56,527 bases of DNA from Reclinomonas americana ATCC 50394. Its lineage: Eukaryota. The DNA lies in NCBI GenBank assembly GCA_048213135.1, contig AFZH01020179.1:1-56527 (forward strand). Reading direction: 5' to 3'. A model generated the notes under the pieces. The model was not told where the DNA came from. It was given only the letters and a program-made list of their open reading frames with translations, and made no database searches. The stretch's first letter is position 1. Every line of letters begins with the position of its first letter. Both the position numbers and the translations under genes were made by a program. Shown here piece by piece: positions 1-9,310 of the stretch.

Positions 1-77
1 TGCTAAGCCTTGCGTTGACCCCTAGTTCAACTCTGCCCGACAGATTTGATCCGCTCGATCTGCTATCCGCTTCCCAC

Positions 78-237
78 TGTCCGTCGTCAGGACATTCGGC
101 GCAGATGGGGGCGTAAATTAGCGGAGAGCGGGCCTCGTCTGGGGGTTGAGCTTAGGCGGCGAGCTTGCGGTGCAGCAAGCGCCGATATTCGAGGGTCTGT
201 CGCTTGACCCTTTCGCGCTGCTTGATGATGGCTGCGG
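78..237 (-). mobile_element. Right-end remnant of an IS3-family element (same type as 35987-37529)
   Basis: Reverse complement is nearly identical to about 37370-37529 (end of orfB ...EYRRLLHRKLAA*, 3' UTR and terminal IR). Starts with TGTCCGTCGTCAGGA at 78. Confidence 0.9.
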
Positions 238-396
238 AACCATTTTGCAATGCTCAGGTGCAAAACCAAAACTTCCGCCAATGCGCGAAGTATTGCGGCC
301 ACGTAGAGACCCTGCTTCGCGGTACGCCCTTGTGTGACGCGCCAATGTTAATTAAGGGATGCACTTGACATCAATCTTCGATCTCGAAGCACGGAC

Positions 397-912
397 ATGC
401 CTCCCCAAATCGATCCGGAACTGGCGGCGAAACTGACGGCAGAGATCGCCGTCGCCTACATCAACCGCAACGCCATCGAACGCGCCGATCTACCTTCACT
501 GCTACGCGAGATCAGGGGCGTCCTCGAAGAACAGCCCGATACGGCCGCGCCGCCGGCACGAGCCACTCGACTCCCGACCGCCGATGCCGACGACGCCGGA
601 GCCCCTGACGTCGAACGCGTCGAACCGCGACCGAGCGCTCCTGCGGTCGCAGTCGAAGACTCCGTCCATGACGACTACATCGTCAGTCTAGAAGACGGAG
701 GACGTTTCAGATCTCTTCGCCGCCACCTGATGGCGAAGTACGGAATGACCCCAGACGACTATCGACGCAAATGGGGACTACCACCCGACTATCCGATGGT
801 GGCGCCGAGCTATGCGCGTGATCGCTCCGAGGTGGCGAAACGCATCGGATTGGGGCGCCCGGTCACGAAACCCGTCAAGACGAGGCGAAGGTCGGCGGCG
901 CGTACCAAATAG
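397..912 (+). CDS. mucR: MucR/Ros-family transcriptional regulator (probably zinc-free variant)
   Basis: LTAEIAVAYI N-terminus and DYIVSLEDG..FRSLRRHL..YGMTPDDYRRKWGLPPDYPMVAPSYA signature. The usual Cys ligands are replaced (SLED). Confidence 0.9.
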   Translation: MPPQIDPELAAKLTAEIAVAYINRNAIERADLPSLLREIRGVLEEQPDTAAPPARATRLPTADADDAGAPDVERVEPRPSAPAVAVEDSVHDDYIVSLEDGGRFRSLRRHLMAKYGMTPDDYRRKWGLPPDYPMVAPSYARDRSEVAKRIGLGRPVTKPVKTRRRSAARTK

Positions 913-924
913 GCGATCGCCGCT

Positions 925-1152
925 CTAGGCCGACGCGTCGCGACAGAGCTCCAAGAGCTCCCTTTCGGCAAGACCCAACAGGGTCAACGCCCGAGAGTGA
1001 CGTGTCCGCGCCATCTCGCATTCGGGGAAGGCGGCGAGCAGCTCGCCGTCTTCGATCGCCTGCAGAATGGCCAGGACGCCCTCGAGGCGCGTCCTGATGG
1101 CGCCAGGCTCCTCGGGGCTGTGCTCATAGATCTGAATGATTTCACCAGCCAT
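925..1152 (-). CDS. Small hypothetical protein
   Basis: 75-aa ATG ORF directly downstream of the ParB-like gene, with GAGG upstream. Protein-like composition. Confidence 0.55.
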   Translation of the reverse strand: MAGEIIQIYEHSPEEPGAIRTRLEGVLAILQAIEDGELLAAFPECEMARTRHSRALTLLGLAERELLELCRDASA

Positions 1153-1185
1153 TTGATAGGCCTCACTGCTCGATCCAGTCGCTCG

Positions 1186-2067
1186 TCAGGCGCGTAGCCG
1201 TACGGCCGCGTTTCGTCCGTTCAACTTCAAAGCATGTTTGAAGATCGTGCGGGCGAGCGATTTCCAATACTCGACCTTGTGGGTGGCGGCGAAGACCCTG
1301 GCGTCCTGCTCGAGACGGTCATCGAGCTTCAGGATGACGGCCGCGATCTCGTCCGGGCCGATGCGGCCTTCGAACTCTTCGTCGTGGAACAGATATTCGA
1401 CCGCCTTGATCGCGGAAGCGGCCAGGGGCGCAGCCTCTGCGCGCCGAAGCGTGGAGAGAACTCGTTTGGCGTTGCTGTCGCCACGACGCTCGATCAGGCG
1501 GCCGATCGCGGTGACGGCCACCGTGTCGCCGGGTTGATATTCCCCGCCCGCCGGCGGCGCCTTCAGGATCCGGACTTCTGCGGCCCTGCAGACCTCGTCG
1601 ATGGTTCGCGCGCTGACGTCGCCCGCTGTCAACGCTGCAAAGTGCAGTTGCATGTTGGTGATGCCGAGACGCTCGCGGTTGTGGCCGATGAAGGCCGCCG
1701 CTCGGCTGCCCCTCGCTGGAGCCCCCACCAGCATCACGGGGATCTGGTCGATCTCGGGGTGGGACGCCGCCGCGATCGCCGTATGCTGCCCGTCGATGAT
1801 CTCGAGCCCGATATCGGTATTGGCCACCACGGGCGGCTTGAAGCGCGTCCAGTCCCATCCGGCGAGCATTCGCCGAATGAGCGTCAGAGATCGGCTGGAT
1901 AGGTTGCGTTGATAGCTCTCGTCGACGAGCAGAAGCGCCGGATCGATCCATTCGAAGACCGGCGCCTCGCCCTTGGCGCGCGAGACCTCGACGCGGGGAA
2001 ACTGAAGCGGCGCAATGTGGCGCACACATTGACGCGCGGTCGATCCATCGGCCGTTTCGACTGACAT
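1186..2067 (-). CDS. ParB/Srx-like domain protein (DUF6551-like)
   Basis: VDESYQR and IIDGQH motifs. ATG at 2067 is preceded by GGAGG. Confidence 0.7.
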   Translation of the reverse strand: MSVETADGSTARQCVRHIAPLQFPRVEVSRAKGEAPVFEWIDPALLLVDESYQRNLSSRSLTLIRRMLAGWDWTRFKPPVVANTDIGLEIIDGQHTAIAAASHPEIDQIPVMLVGAPARGSRAAAFIGHNRERLGITNMQLHFAALTAGDVSARTIDEVCRAAEVRILKAPPAGGEYQPGDTVAVTAIGRLIERRGDSNAKRVLSTLRRAEAAPLAASAIKAVEYLFHDEEFEGRIGPDEIAAVILKLDDRLEQDARVFAATHKVEYWKSLARTIFKHALKLNGRNAAVRLRA

Positions 2068-2342
2068 TCGCCCCCTCCAAATTCGCCCCACTCACTCTCA
2101 GAGCGGTTTAAGGTGAAGGTGGGTGCAACCTTTGCGGTAAGTCAAGTTGCAATTTTTCGTTATGCGAATCGCGCTCCGTGAACTCCATTTTTTTGACGAT
2201 GCATTGGCAAGCCGAGAAATGAAACAACGACCGGGCCTGGTGACGAGCGACACTCGGGGAAAACTGCATTTCACGCCACTTGCTCATCGACAATGTCGCG
2301 CAGAAGAATTGGCCTGTAATGAGGCAAATGCAGGGGAGCTCC

Positions 2343-3560
2343 ATGACCTTGGGATTTCGCAGCGAGCGGAACTCGTTTCAGCGCGTGCTGAGGGACCTCG
2401 ATTTCGCACCGCTGGCTCCTGCGAGTGCGGACATCTTTTCGAGGGCTGCGGTGGAGACCTTCGACGGAAAGGACTGGGAGGAGTGGGGTTACGGCTTCAC
2501 TCAGATCTTCGAACCGGGCGTTCTCGTGGAGGTCGCAGTGCTCGAGGGCATGGCGCACGAGGAACTGTGCTCGCTCCGCGCCAGCCCGACCGGGCGCGGC
2601 GCATGGCTTCGTGAGCAATTGGAGATCGTTCCTAGCCTCACTGTGGTGCGTCGTCTGAACCTGGCGGCCGCACTCGTCAGTTTTTCACGGTTCGACCTCG
2701 CCGCAGCCATCCTGACGGACCTCACGACGGAGGCGCTTCAGAACAGAGAGCGGTTCGAACTCGCATGGCTGCAGTTCCTGGTCTCGAACCGCTGCGACGA
2801 CGGCAAGGCCTCGAGTGCGTCCTTCGAAGCGATGGTCGCCGCGATCCGTCACGGTGAGATTCCGACGGGACGTATCCTCGACGTCTGCTCCCAGGGCGTC
2901 GTCTGGTACACGAAGCGACATGAGATCTCGCGAGAGGTCTTCGACTGGTGCGTGGATACCGGCGAACGGCTTGCCGCCGAAAAGACTGGCCTCGACCTGG
3001 GCGCCATTTCCTCATGGTATCGCGGGATCGCCATGGTGCCGGCCGGACATGGGGACGCAGAATCCACCCGACGGTACATGAGGCTGGCCGAGGATGCGGC
3101 GCGAGAGACTTTCGCCGCCCGCCCCACGGCGTTCGAACTCAACACGATCAAGACGTATCATGAATCCACCATCAAGGAGCACATGTACGTCACGGGTGAT
3201 TTCGAGGCTGCGGAGGCCGCGGCGTTGGCGCTCATCGACCTGGACCCCGTCTGGGCCCCCAGCCGTGGCGAGCTCGCCGAAGCCTGCAAGCGGTTCGGAA
3301 AGTTCGAGCGAGCGGCCGGCCTCTACGAAGAGGCTTCGGCGATGGGCCCTCCCTATGTGGGTCACCACCTGTGGCAAGCGGCCAAGTGTCGAGCGCTGCA
3401 CGAGGACCATGACAGAGCCCTGACCCACTACACGACGCTCGTCGAGATCGCCCCGACCGTCGTGGCGTTGCGCACGGAAGGTCTGGCCGTGGCCGAGCGG
3501 GTATCCGGCTCGGCGCGGCGTGACTTCCTGGGCGCGCTCGAACGTGCCGCCGCCGCGTGA
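2343..3560 (+). CDS. Helical-repeat (TPR-like) hypothetical protein, first gene of the cluster
   Basis: ATG 2343 after GGGGAG. C-terminal TPR-like repeats (LIDLDPVWA..LAEA..GKFERAAGLYEEA). Confidence 0.65.
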   Translation: MTLGFRSERNSFQRVLRDLDFAPLAPASADIFSRAAVETFDGKDWEEWGYGFTQIFEPGVLVEVAVLEGMAHEELCSLRASPTGRGAWLREQLEIVPSLTVVRRLNLAAALVSFSRFDLAAAILTDLTTEALQNRERFELAWLQFLVSNRCDDGKASSASFEAMVAAIRHGEIPTGRILDVCSQGVVWYTKRHEISREVFDWCVDTGERLAAEKTGLDLGAISSWYRGIAMVPAGHGDAESTRRYMRLAEDAARETFAARPTAFELNTIKTYHESTIKEHMYVTGDFEAAEAAALALIDLDPVWAPSRGELAEACKRFGKFERAAGLYEEASAMGPPYVGHHLWQAAKCRALHEDHDRALTHYTTLVEIAPTVVALRTEGLAVAERVSGSARRDFLGALERAAAA

Positions 3561-3591
3561 CCGAACCTGATCCGATACCGCCGTCTCAACC

Positions 3592-4872
3592 ATGTCACAA
3601 CACACTGTGGTCTCTCACCAGGGCGAGACTGCCCCCCCGGCGCATCACTCGAAGGAGGAGGTCCGGACGCGATCGGCCTTTCGGCATGATCCCCGCAAGT
3701 TCGTGGATGGAAGAGACTTGGATTCGAGCCTCGAACCCTCTTGGCGGCGCGAGCCGGCGATCTTCGGCTATCGTCGGCTGACGCATCGGGACACGCGTGG
3801 TGAAGACCACCTGGTGCCCATCTGCGCCGCGACCTGCATCGTCCTGGGTCTGGGAGTGGTCGTAGGAAGCTTCGACGGGCGCCTGCGGCTTTTCAGTCGG
3901 GACCTGGGAGAGGTTCTCTGGGAACACCGACTGCCTGGTCCGATCTACGCATCGCCCGTTCTCGACCTGGCGCGCAGAACGGTGGTGGTCGCGACCACCA
4001 ACGGCGTCGTCGAATGCGTGGATCTCGGTGGGCGCCGGCTCTGGTCATCGCGCATCGAGGGGGGCTTCTACGCCACGCCCACCATTTCGCCGACCGAAGG
4101 CCTCGTCGTCTTCGGCGTATTCGGTGGCCAATGCCTCGGCTTCGATCTCGAAACCGGAAGGCAGCGCTTCGCGAAACGCCTTCCGCGCCCATGGTCTGCT
4201 GAGATCGGGGGTTCTGCGGCGCACCGAGACCCCTATGCCAGTCCGATCACAACGATGTCGGAGCAGACGATCTTGTGTTGCTCTCAGCACGCTCTATGTG
4301 TCGACGCTTCGGGCGTGGAGATCTGGCGTCACGACCACGGCGCCGATCTTCGAGCGTCGCCCGTCTACGTCGAGGCTACGAACGAGGTGATCGTCTCAGG
4401 AGTAGATGGTCGCTGTGACTTTCTCGATGCACAGACCGGTGCGTTTCGGGGGTCGATACGGCTCGACGGGAAGATCGTGGCGAGCCCGGCCGTCTCGATG
4501 GGGGTCGCCGTCTTCGGACTGACTGATGACGATGCGGTGGGGGTCGACGTGCGGACTCGCGCTGTTCAGTGGCGGCGCAGGGGCAGTGCTCCGAGAGACC
4601 ACTCCTCCTTCAGCGTAACGCCAGCCGGTGACTTCATCGTGGCCACGTCACGGGGGAATATCGTGTGTCTCACCCCAGGCGACGGTCAGTTCCTATGGGA
4701 AACCAGCCAACTTCTCGGGTTGCCCAACCATGATCCGAAGGTGGACACCACGCCGATCGCCGCAGCAGATGGGAGTCTATACTGCGGCTCCTACTCAGGC
4801 ATGTTGTATCACTTCCGCTTTGCAATGATGGATCTCGGGACGGGGCACGATGGAGAAGCACAGGCAGCCTGA
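3592..4872 (+). CDS. PQQ-binding-like beta-propeller repeat protein
   Basis: Repeated G-x-x-x-W and (S/T)P blade motifs (VVGSFDG, GEVLW, IYASP, GRRLW, YATP, GQFLW). Confidence 0.8.
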   Translation: MSQHTVVSHQGETAPPAHHSKEEVRTRSAFRHDPRKFVDGRDLDSSLEPSWRREPAIFGYRRLTHRDTRGEDHLVPICAATCIVLGLGVVVGSFDGRLRLFSRDLGEVLWEHRLPGPIYASPVLDLARRTVVVATTNGVVECVDLGGRRLWSSRIEGGFYATPTISPTEGLVVFGVFGGQCLGFDLETGRQRFAKRLPRPWSAEIGGSAAHRDPYASPITTMSEQTILCCSQHALCVDASGVEIWRHDHGADLRASPVYVEATNEVIVSGVDGRCDFLDAQTGAFRGSIRLDGKIVASPAVSMGVAVFGLTDDDAVGVDVRTRAVQWRRRGSAPRDHSSFSVTPAGDFIVATSRGNIVCLTPGDGQFLWETSQLLGLPNHDPKVDTTPIAAADGSLYCGSYSGMLYHFRFAMMDLGTGHDGEAQAA

Positions 4873-6601
4873 TCGCGTCGAGCGGGGGTCGTCCATCGTC
4901 GACGACTTGTTGCTTCTATCGGGACGCCTGGAGCAGCTGTTCGCACGTCCGGAACGGGACGAAGAGACATTCGACACTGCGATCGACTTGTTCGCGAGCA
5001 TTGCGCGGTTTCGCGGATACATCGACGGCAACGAGCGGTTTCTCCGGAGTCCCGGCTTGGCGCGCGCCAGAGACTTCCTGCTGGAGACCGACCTTTCGCG
5101 TCGTCTGAGCGAGTTTCTCGACAGGTTCGGAACTCTGCCCGCCGACCGTGAACCGCTTCGCCGCACCTGGAGCACCTGGCTTCGCTCGACGGCATCGGCC
5201 GAAGGAATATTGCGCGAGACGGGTTTGAAGGACGCCGCGGCGAGCGCCCGGGCCACTCTGGAGGAACTCAACCGTTCTCAGAGCGCGCTGTTGGAGAAGC
5301 TCGGCGCGAGGCCGCCGATCGTCTCTCCCGACGCAATGTTCTACTCGGTCCTGAGCCGAACACACGACACCCAACTTCGCAACAAACTCACCACGGCTTG
5401 GCGTCAGCAACGGGAGTCGTTGTTCTCCAAAGGGATCGACAAGTTCGACGACATAGTCCGCCTGCAGCGGCAGAAGGCGATCGCCGAAGGATTTCATACG
5501 CCGTTGCAGAAGACGCTTTCGCGAAGTCCCGTGCCCGAATTGCGGATCACGAAGTTCGTCGAGGCGTACCTCGCGCGTGCACTCGCTGCACACGACGAGC
5601 TGGAAGCAGAAGTCGAGGCCGCAATCGGAGCTGCCGAACGTCCAATCTATCACTTTCCGTATTTCCTCAGGCGCCACTTCGAAGGGATCAAGGTTCCCTT
5701 TTTTCCATTGTGGCCGTGTCTCGACTTCATCCGCACGATCTCTCGCGGGTATTTCGCAGTCGGACTCGATTTGCGAGAAACCCCGAACAGGACGGCGGTC
5801 CGCGCCGTCACGACCTGTGACGGCCGCATGTTGGGTGAGATCACCTTCGATCTGTTCGACGCCACGGGCTCCGAGCGACCGAAGGTAGGACCGAGGGAAC
5901 CCACGGCACACTGCGAGAACGTCCGGCGAGCGCGTGTTCTCTGTCGATACAATGGTCGATCGGACGATGGACCGCTGATCACGTTCGAAAGCCTCCACAG
6001 TATCCTGCACGAGTTCGGGCATGCTCTTCACGTCCTGTTGGCGGCCGAAGCCAGCCCCAGCCTCTCGGGCGTCGACTGTTTCCCAGCGGAGCGCCTGGAA
6101 AACCTGAGTAGCTGGTTCGAAAAGTGGGCGTTTCATCCATCACTCGCAGAACCCCTGGGTCTCGGCGACGCCGACAGTGAAGGCCTTCGCGCTTGTCGGC
6201 TTATCAAAGCTTACGAATTCCGGCGATCACATCTCGATCGCGCGGTCACGGCAGCCCTCGACTTGGAGGTCTATGGTCGAGAGCACGGTGGATTCGAGGA
6301 AGCGTTCCGCACTCTCGACGCAAGAAGCGGCGTATCCCGTCACTACGCACTGGAAGAGGCGCTCCATCACTTTTCGACCCTGAACTTCAACGCCAATTGC
6401 GGCGGCAGCTTCGCCTATCTGTGGGGTGGGGCTCGTGGCGCCCAGACATATCTGGACCTCTCGCCCTCCGGTTGGGCGCTTCCGTCCATCGGACGCAGCG
6501 GTGCAGAAGCCTTGGCTTCGAGTTTCGACGCCAAGTTGGACGAGGAGGCTCCGGACCTCGAGGCCGTGTTCGATTTCTATTCGGGCGTCGGTTGCTCCTG
6601 A
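4850..6601 (+). CDS. Divergent M3-family metallopeptidase (paralog A)
   Basis: HEFGH zinc motif followed by E..S.WFEKW. Overlaps the propeller gene. Confidence 0.75.
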   Translation: MEKHRQPDRVERGSSIVDDLLLLSGRLEQLFARPERDEETFDTAIDLFASIARFRGYIDGNERFLRSPGLARARDFLLETDLSRRLSEFLDRFGTLPADREPLRRTWSTWLRSTASAEGILRETGLKDAAASARATLEELNRSQSALLEKLGARPPIVSPDAMFYSVLSRTHDTQLRNKLTTAWRQQRESLFSKGIDKFDDIVRLQRQKAIAEGFHTPLQKTLSRSPVPELRITKFVEAYLARALAAHDELEAEVEAAIGAAERPIYHFPYFLRRHFEGIKVPFFPLWPCLDFIRTISRGYFAVGLDLRETPNRTAVRAVTTCDGRMLGEITFDLFDATGSERPKVGPREPTAHCENVRRARVLCRYNGRSDDGPLITFESLHSILHEFGHALHVLLAAEASPSLSGVDCFPAERLENLSSWFEKWAFHPSLAEPLGLGDADSEGLRACRLIKAYEFRRSHLDRAVTAALDLEVYGREHGGFEEAFRTLDARSGVSRHYALEEALHHFSTLNFNANCGGSFAYLWGGARGAQTYLDLSPSGWALPSIGRSGAEALASSFDAKLDEEAPDLEAVFDFYSGVGCS

Positions 6602-6652
6602 GGCGGCCAGGACGCCTGATGGCGACGAGTCGGTGCTCAAGCGGAGATCGTC

Positions 6653-7393
6653 GTGGCGCGTGCAGTCGTTCTGGGTGCGAGTTCAGGTCTCGGTCGCAGC
6701 TTGGCGACCCGCCTCGACGAGGACGGATGGGAGGTGCTCGGGATCGGGCGGAGAGACCTGAGCGCAGCACCTCCGAGTTTCGAATACATGCGATGTGATC
6801 TGGGCGACGCCTCAGGCTCGACGGATCTGCGGATCCGATTGGAGCAATCGCCGCCCGAGCTTTTCGTAATGAGCGCGGTGACGTACGAGACACCTGCCCC
6901 TCCGAGGTTGGAAGATCTGGAGCGTATGTTCCGGGTCAACACCCTAGCTCCGTATCTCCTCCTGTCGGAGTATCTCGGCGCTGCGAGCGCCGTAGATCGC
7001 CGCTCTGCGGTCGTCGTCAACTCGGACTCGATCTTTCACGCTAGCCGACAGACCGGGGTCTATGCATCGAGCAAGGCGGCGCTGAGAGTGCTCACCACGG
7101 CGCTCGCACACGACTGCAAAGGCCGAAATGCGAGTGTCGCAAGTCTGCTCCTCGGCCCGATCGCCGATCAGAAGAAGGTCGCCGACCTCGCCACCATCGC
7201 CGCCCGGCGAAGTCTCCCAGAGGCGGAGGTCGTGAGGATCTTCCTGGAGAAGTCGAACCCCTCATTCGTCGTCGATCGCCTGATCGATCTCGACGCATGT
7301 TATCGTAGCCTTCTCTACATCCATGGGCTCGGCCCTATCGCGAACGGCATGATGTGCCGGCTGGACGGCGGGTCCGCAGGATCGCTGGTGTAA
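6653..7393 (+). CDS. Short-chain dehydrogenase/reductase
   Basis: GASSGLG cofactor motif and catalytic YASSK. Confidence 0.85.
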   Translation: MARAVVLGASSGLGRSLATRLDEDGWEVLGIGRRDLSAAPPSFEYMRCDLGDASGSTDLRIRLEQSPPELFVMSAVTYETPAPPRLEDLERMFRVNTLAPYLLLSEYLGAASAVDRRSAVVVNSDSIFHASRQTGVYASSKAALRVLTTALAHDCKGRNASVASLLLGPIADQKKVADLATIAARRSLPEAEVVRIFLEKSNPSFVVDRLIDLDACYRSLLYIHGLGPIANGMMCRLDGGSAGSLV

Positions 7394-7466
7394 CAGCTCC
7401 CTGCGCTATTGCGCCCCTACACTTCGCACTGTGAAATGCGCCGCAATCTAGTGCGAGAGGGAAGTC

Positions 7467-7931
7467 ATGGCGGCCGATCGAAACCTCGAGTCGATGCGAG
7501 AGTATCATGAGCGGTGGAACCGCGGCGACGTCGACGGTGTCTTGGCCATGTTCGCCGTGGACACCAGCAATCACGGCAAGGCAGTGGGGCGCGGCGGGCT
7601 GGAAACTTCGCTCCGAGACATATTCACGATCTTCCCGGACACGCACATCGACGTCCTCGAGATGGTGGCGTCCGACGACAAGGTCGTCGTCCGATGCCGC
7701 TACTCCGGCACGCATCGCGGAATTGGGACCTCCAGCGTCTATGGCGGGTACTTTCGAGATGCTGCGCCGACCCAAAAGGTCTTCGACGTCCAGCACACCC
7801 ACTGGATGACGTTCCGCGACGGATTCATCGTCGAGCACCAGTCCAGCCGAGACGATCTCGGAATGCTCGTCCAGCTGGGCTTGCTCCCGGACGCCGACGC
7901 GTCGCGAGCCTCGGGGAGCACAAGTGCATGA
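7467..7931 (+). CDS. SnoaL-like/ester cyclase (NTF2 fold)
   Basis: WNRGDVD, FPDTHI, DKVVVR..YSGTH.G, DGFIVEH pattern. Confidence 0.85.
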   Translation: MAADRNLESMREYHERWNRGDVDGVLAMFAVDTSNHGKAVGRGGLETSLRDIFTIFPDTHIDVLEMVASDDKVVVRCRYSGTHRGIGTSSVYGGYFRDAAPTQKVFDVQHTHWMTFRDGFIVEHQSSRDDLGMLVQLGLLPDADASRASGSTSA

Positions 7932-8953
7932 CTTGGTCCTGGCGAGCCGAAGATCTGGAACGCTCTCAGGACCATGTGGTCAAGCTGACCGGGACGACGG
8001 TCGGGGTGCTGAAGTCGCTTCTTCCGAACGATGAGAGCGACCCGACGCTCGCCCGTCATCGTGAGGCCGAAGGTCTGTCCGTCCAGCTGGCGGGCATCGC
8101 CTCGCACGTTCTGCGCAAGGTCAGGACCGGTCCTGGAATCATGGTCTTGAGCGGCGAGGGCCTCGATGAACTCTCCGACGGTCAACTGCGCGCGCTCACC
8201 ATTGGAATTGCACGGCGCATCGGTCGGCTCGTGGCGCAAAACGCTTCGGGTGAACGCATAGTGCTGGTCGCCGATCAGAGGCCCTCGGACCTCAAGAGTG
8301 CGCGTGGCTATCTGACGAACGAGAACATGCTGTTGCACACCGACGCCTCGGACGTGGCGGCGCTCCTGTGTCTGGCTCCGTCCGCGCGGGGAGGCGGAAG
8401 TCTCCTGGCGAGTTCGGCCGCCGTCCACGATGTGCTCTGCGACGAGGCTCCCGACGAGCTGCACGCCTTCTATCGAACTTGGCGATGGAACGTCGGCAGC
8501 ATGCGCGTCGCCGACATCGACGGAACGCTGTCCTCGCCGATCTTCAGTGTGCGAGACGGCCGACTGAGTTGTCGGTACGGCTCCTATATGCTCCGCGAAG
8601 CGCGGGCCGGGGGCAGGCCGCTCACAGAGGATGCGCTGAGAGCCCTCGACCGTTTCGAGGACGTCGCCAGGCGCCCTGAGCTTCTCTTGCGTCATCGGCT
8701 GCAGCGCGGCGAAATCCTCTGGATGGACAACTACAGAGTTCTCCACGGGAGGGAGGCCTTCGTCGACGAAGCGTCGGAAGAACATGCACGCCGATTTCTT
8801 CGTTTCTGGATCAGGCTGCACGACCGACCGGCGCTCGCCGAGACATTCTCTCGGTTCGACGACGTCTTGCTCGACCATTTCGAAGCGGCTGCCGCCGCGC
8901 AACTGAACTCCCCCGACGACCTGCCAGGCCGGCCGAACCACCGGTCTCTATAA
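7928..8953 (+). CDS. TauD/TfdA-family Fe(II)/2-oxoglutarate dioxygenase
   Basis: LHTD (HxD) and DNYRVLHGR motifs. ATG 7928 overlaps the upstream stop (ATGA). Confidence 0.85.
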   Translation: MTWSWRAEDLERSQDHVVKLTGTTVGVLKSLLPNDESDPTLARHREAEGLSVQLAGIASHVLRKVRTGPGIMVLSGEGLDELSDGQLRALTIGIARRIGRLVAQNASGERIVLVADQRPSDLKSARGYLTNENMLLHTDASDVAALLCLAPSARGGGSLLASSAAVHDVLCDEAPDELHAFYRTWRWNVGSMRVADIDGTLSSPIFSVRDGRLSCRYGSYMLREARAGGRPLTEDALRALDRFEDVARRPELLLRHRLQRGEILWMDNYRVLHGREAFVDEASEEHARRFLRFWIRLHDRPALAETFSRFDDVLLDHFEAAAAAQLNSPDDLPGRPNHRSL

Positions 8954-9069
8954 TGCAGTCGCCCCTTCTTCACTTTTTACACGGACTCCCACTGTCGCTA
9001 CATTATCTACATTGCTAGGGTCGCATTGCTTCAACCACGAAGCGAACGACAACCAAATGGGAGTCTGAA

Positions 9070-9225
9070 ATGCAAACCTACAGCCTGGAAAAGAAGCCCG
9101 CCTTCTTCCCCTTCGTGTCCGCCGAGATCTTCTTCGAGGCCGACGCGCAAGAAGGCGGCCTGAAGATCGAGACCGCTGGTCTGGATCTGGACGTTGAACT
9201 CGACGAGCTCCTGAGCGTCGACTGA
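9070..9225 (+). CDS. 51-aa candidate RiPP precursor/scaffold peptide MQTYSLEKKPAFFPFVSAEIFFEADAQEGGLKIETAGLDLDVELDELLSVD
   Basis: Translated by hand because it is below the ORF-track cut-off. GGGAG RBS upstream, GC-ending codons, own intergenic leader, hairpin immediately downstream. Confidence 0.75.
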   Translation: MQTYSLEKKPAFFPFVSAEIFFEADAQEGGLKIETAGLDLDVELDELLSVD

Positions 9226-9234
9226 TCGTCCAAA

Positions 9235-9269
9235 GTCTTGGGCGCGCCCTCGGGGGGCGCGCCCAAGAC
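9235..9269 (+). terminator. Perfect 15-bp stem-loop after the peptide gene (mRNA stabiliser or partial terminator)
   Basis: GTCTTGGGCGCGCCC-TCGGG-GGGCGCGCCCAAGAC, with no U-tract. Confidence 0.75.
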
Positions 9270-9310
9270 CCCGAGCCGCAACACGTCGCCGATTCCCACC
9301 GAGAACCGTC

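Noticed and set aside
3592-4872. PQQ biosynthesis or a quinoprotein dehydrogenase
   Set aside because: Only generic propeller repeats; no pqq genes, and the peptide lacks the PqqA ExxxY motif.
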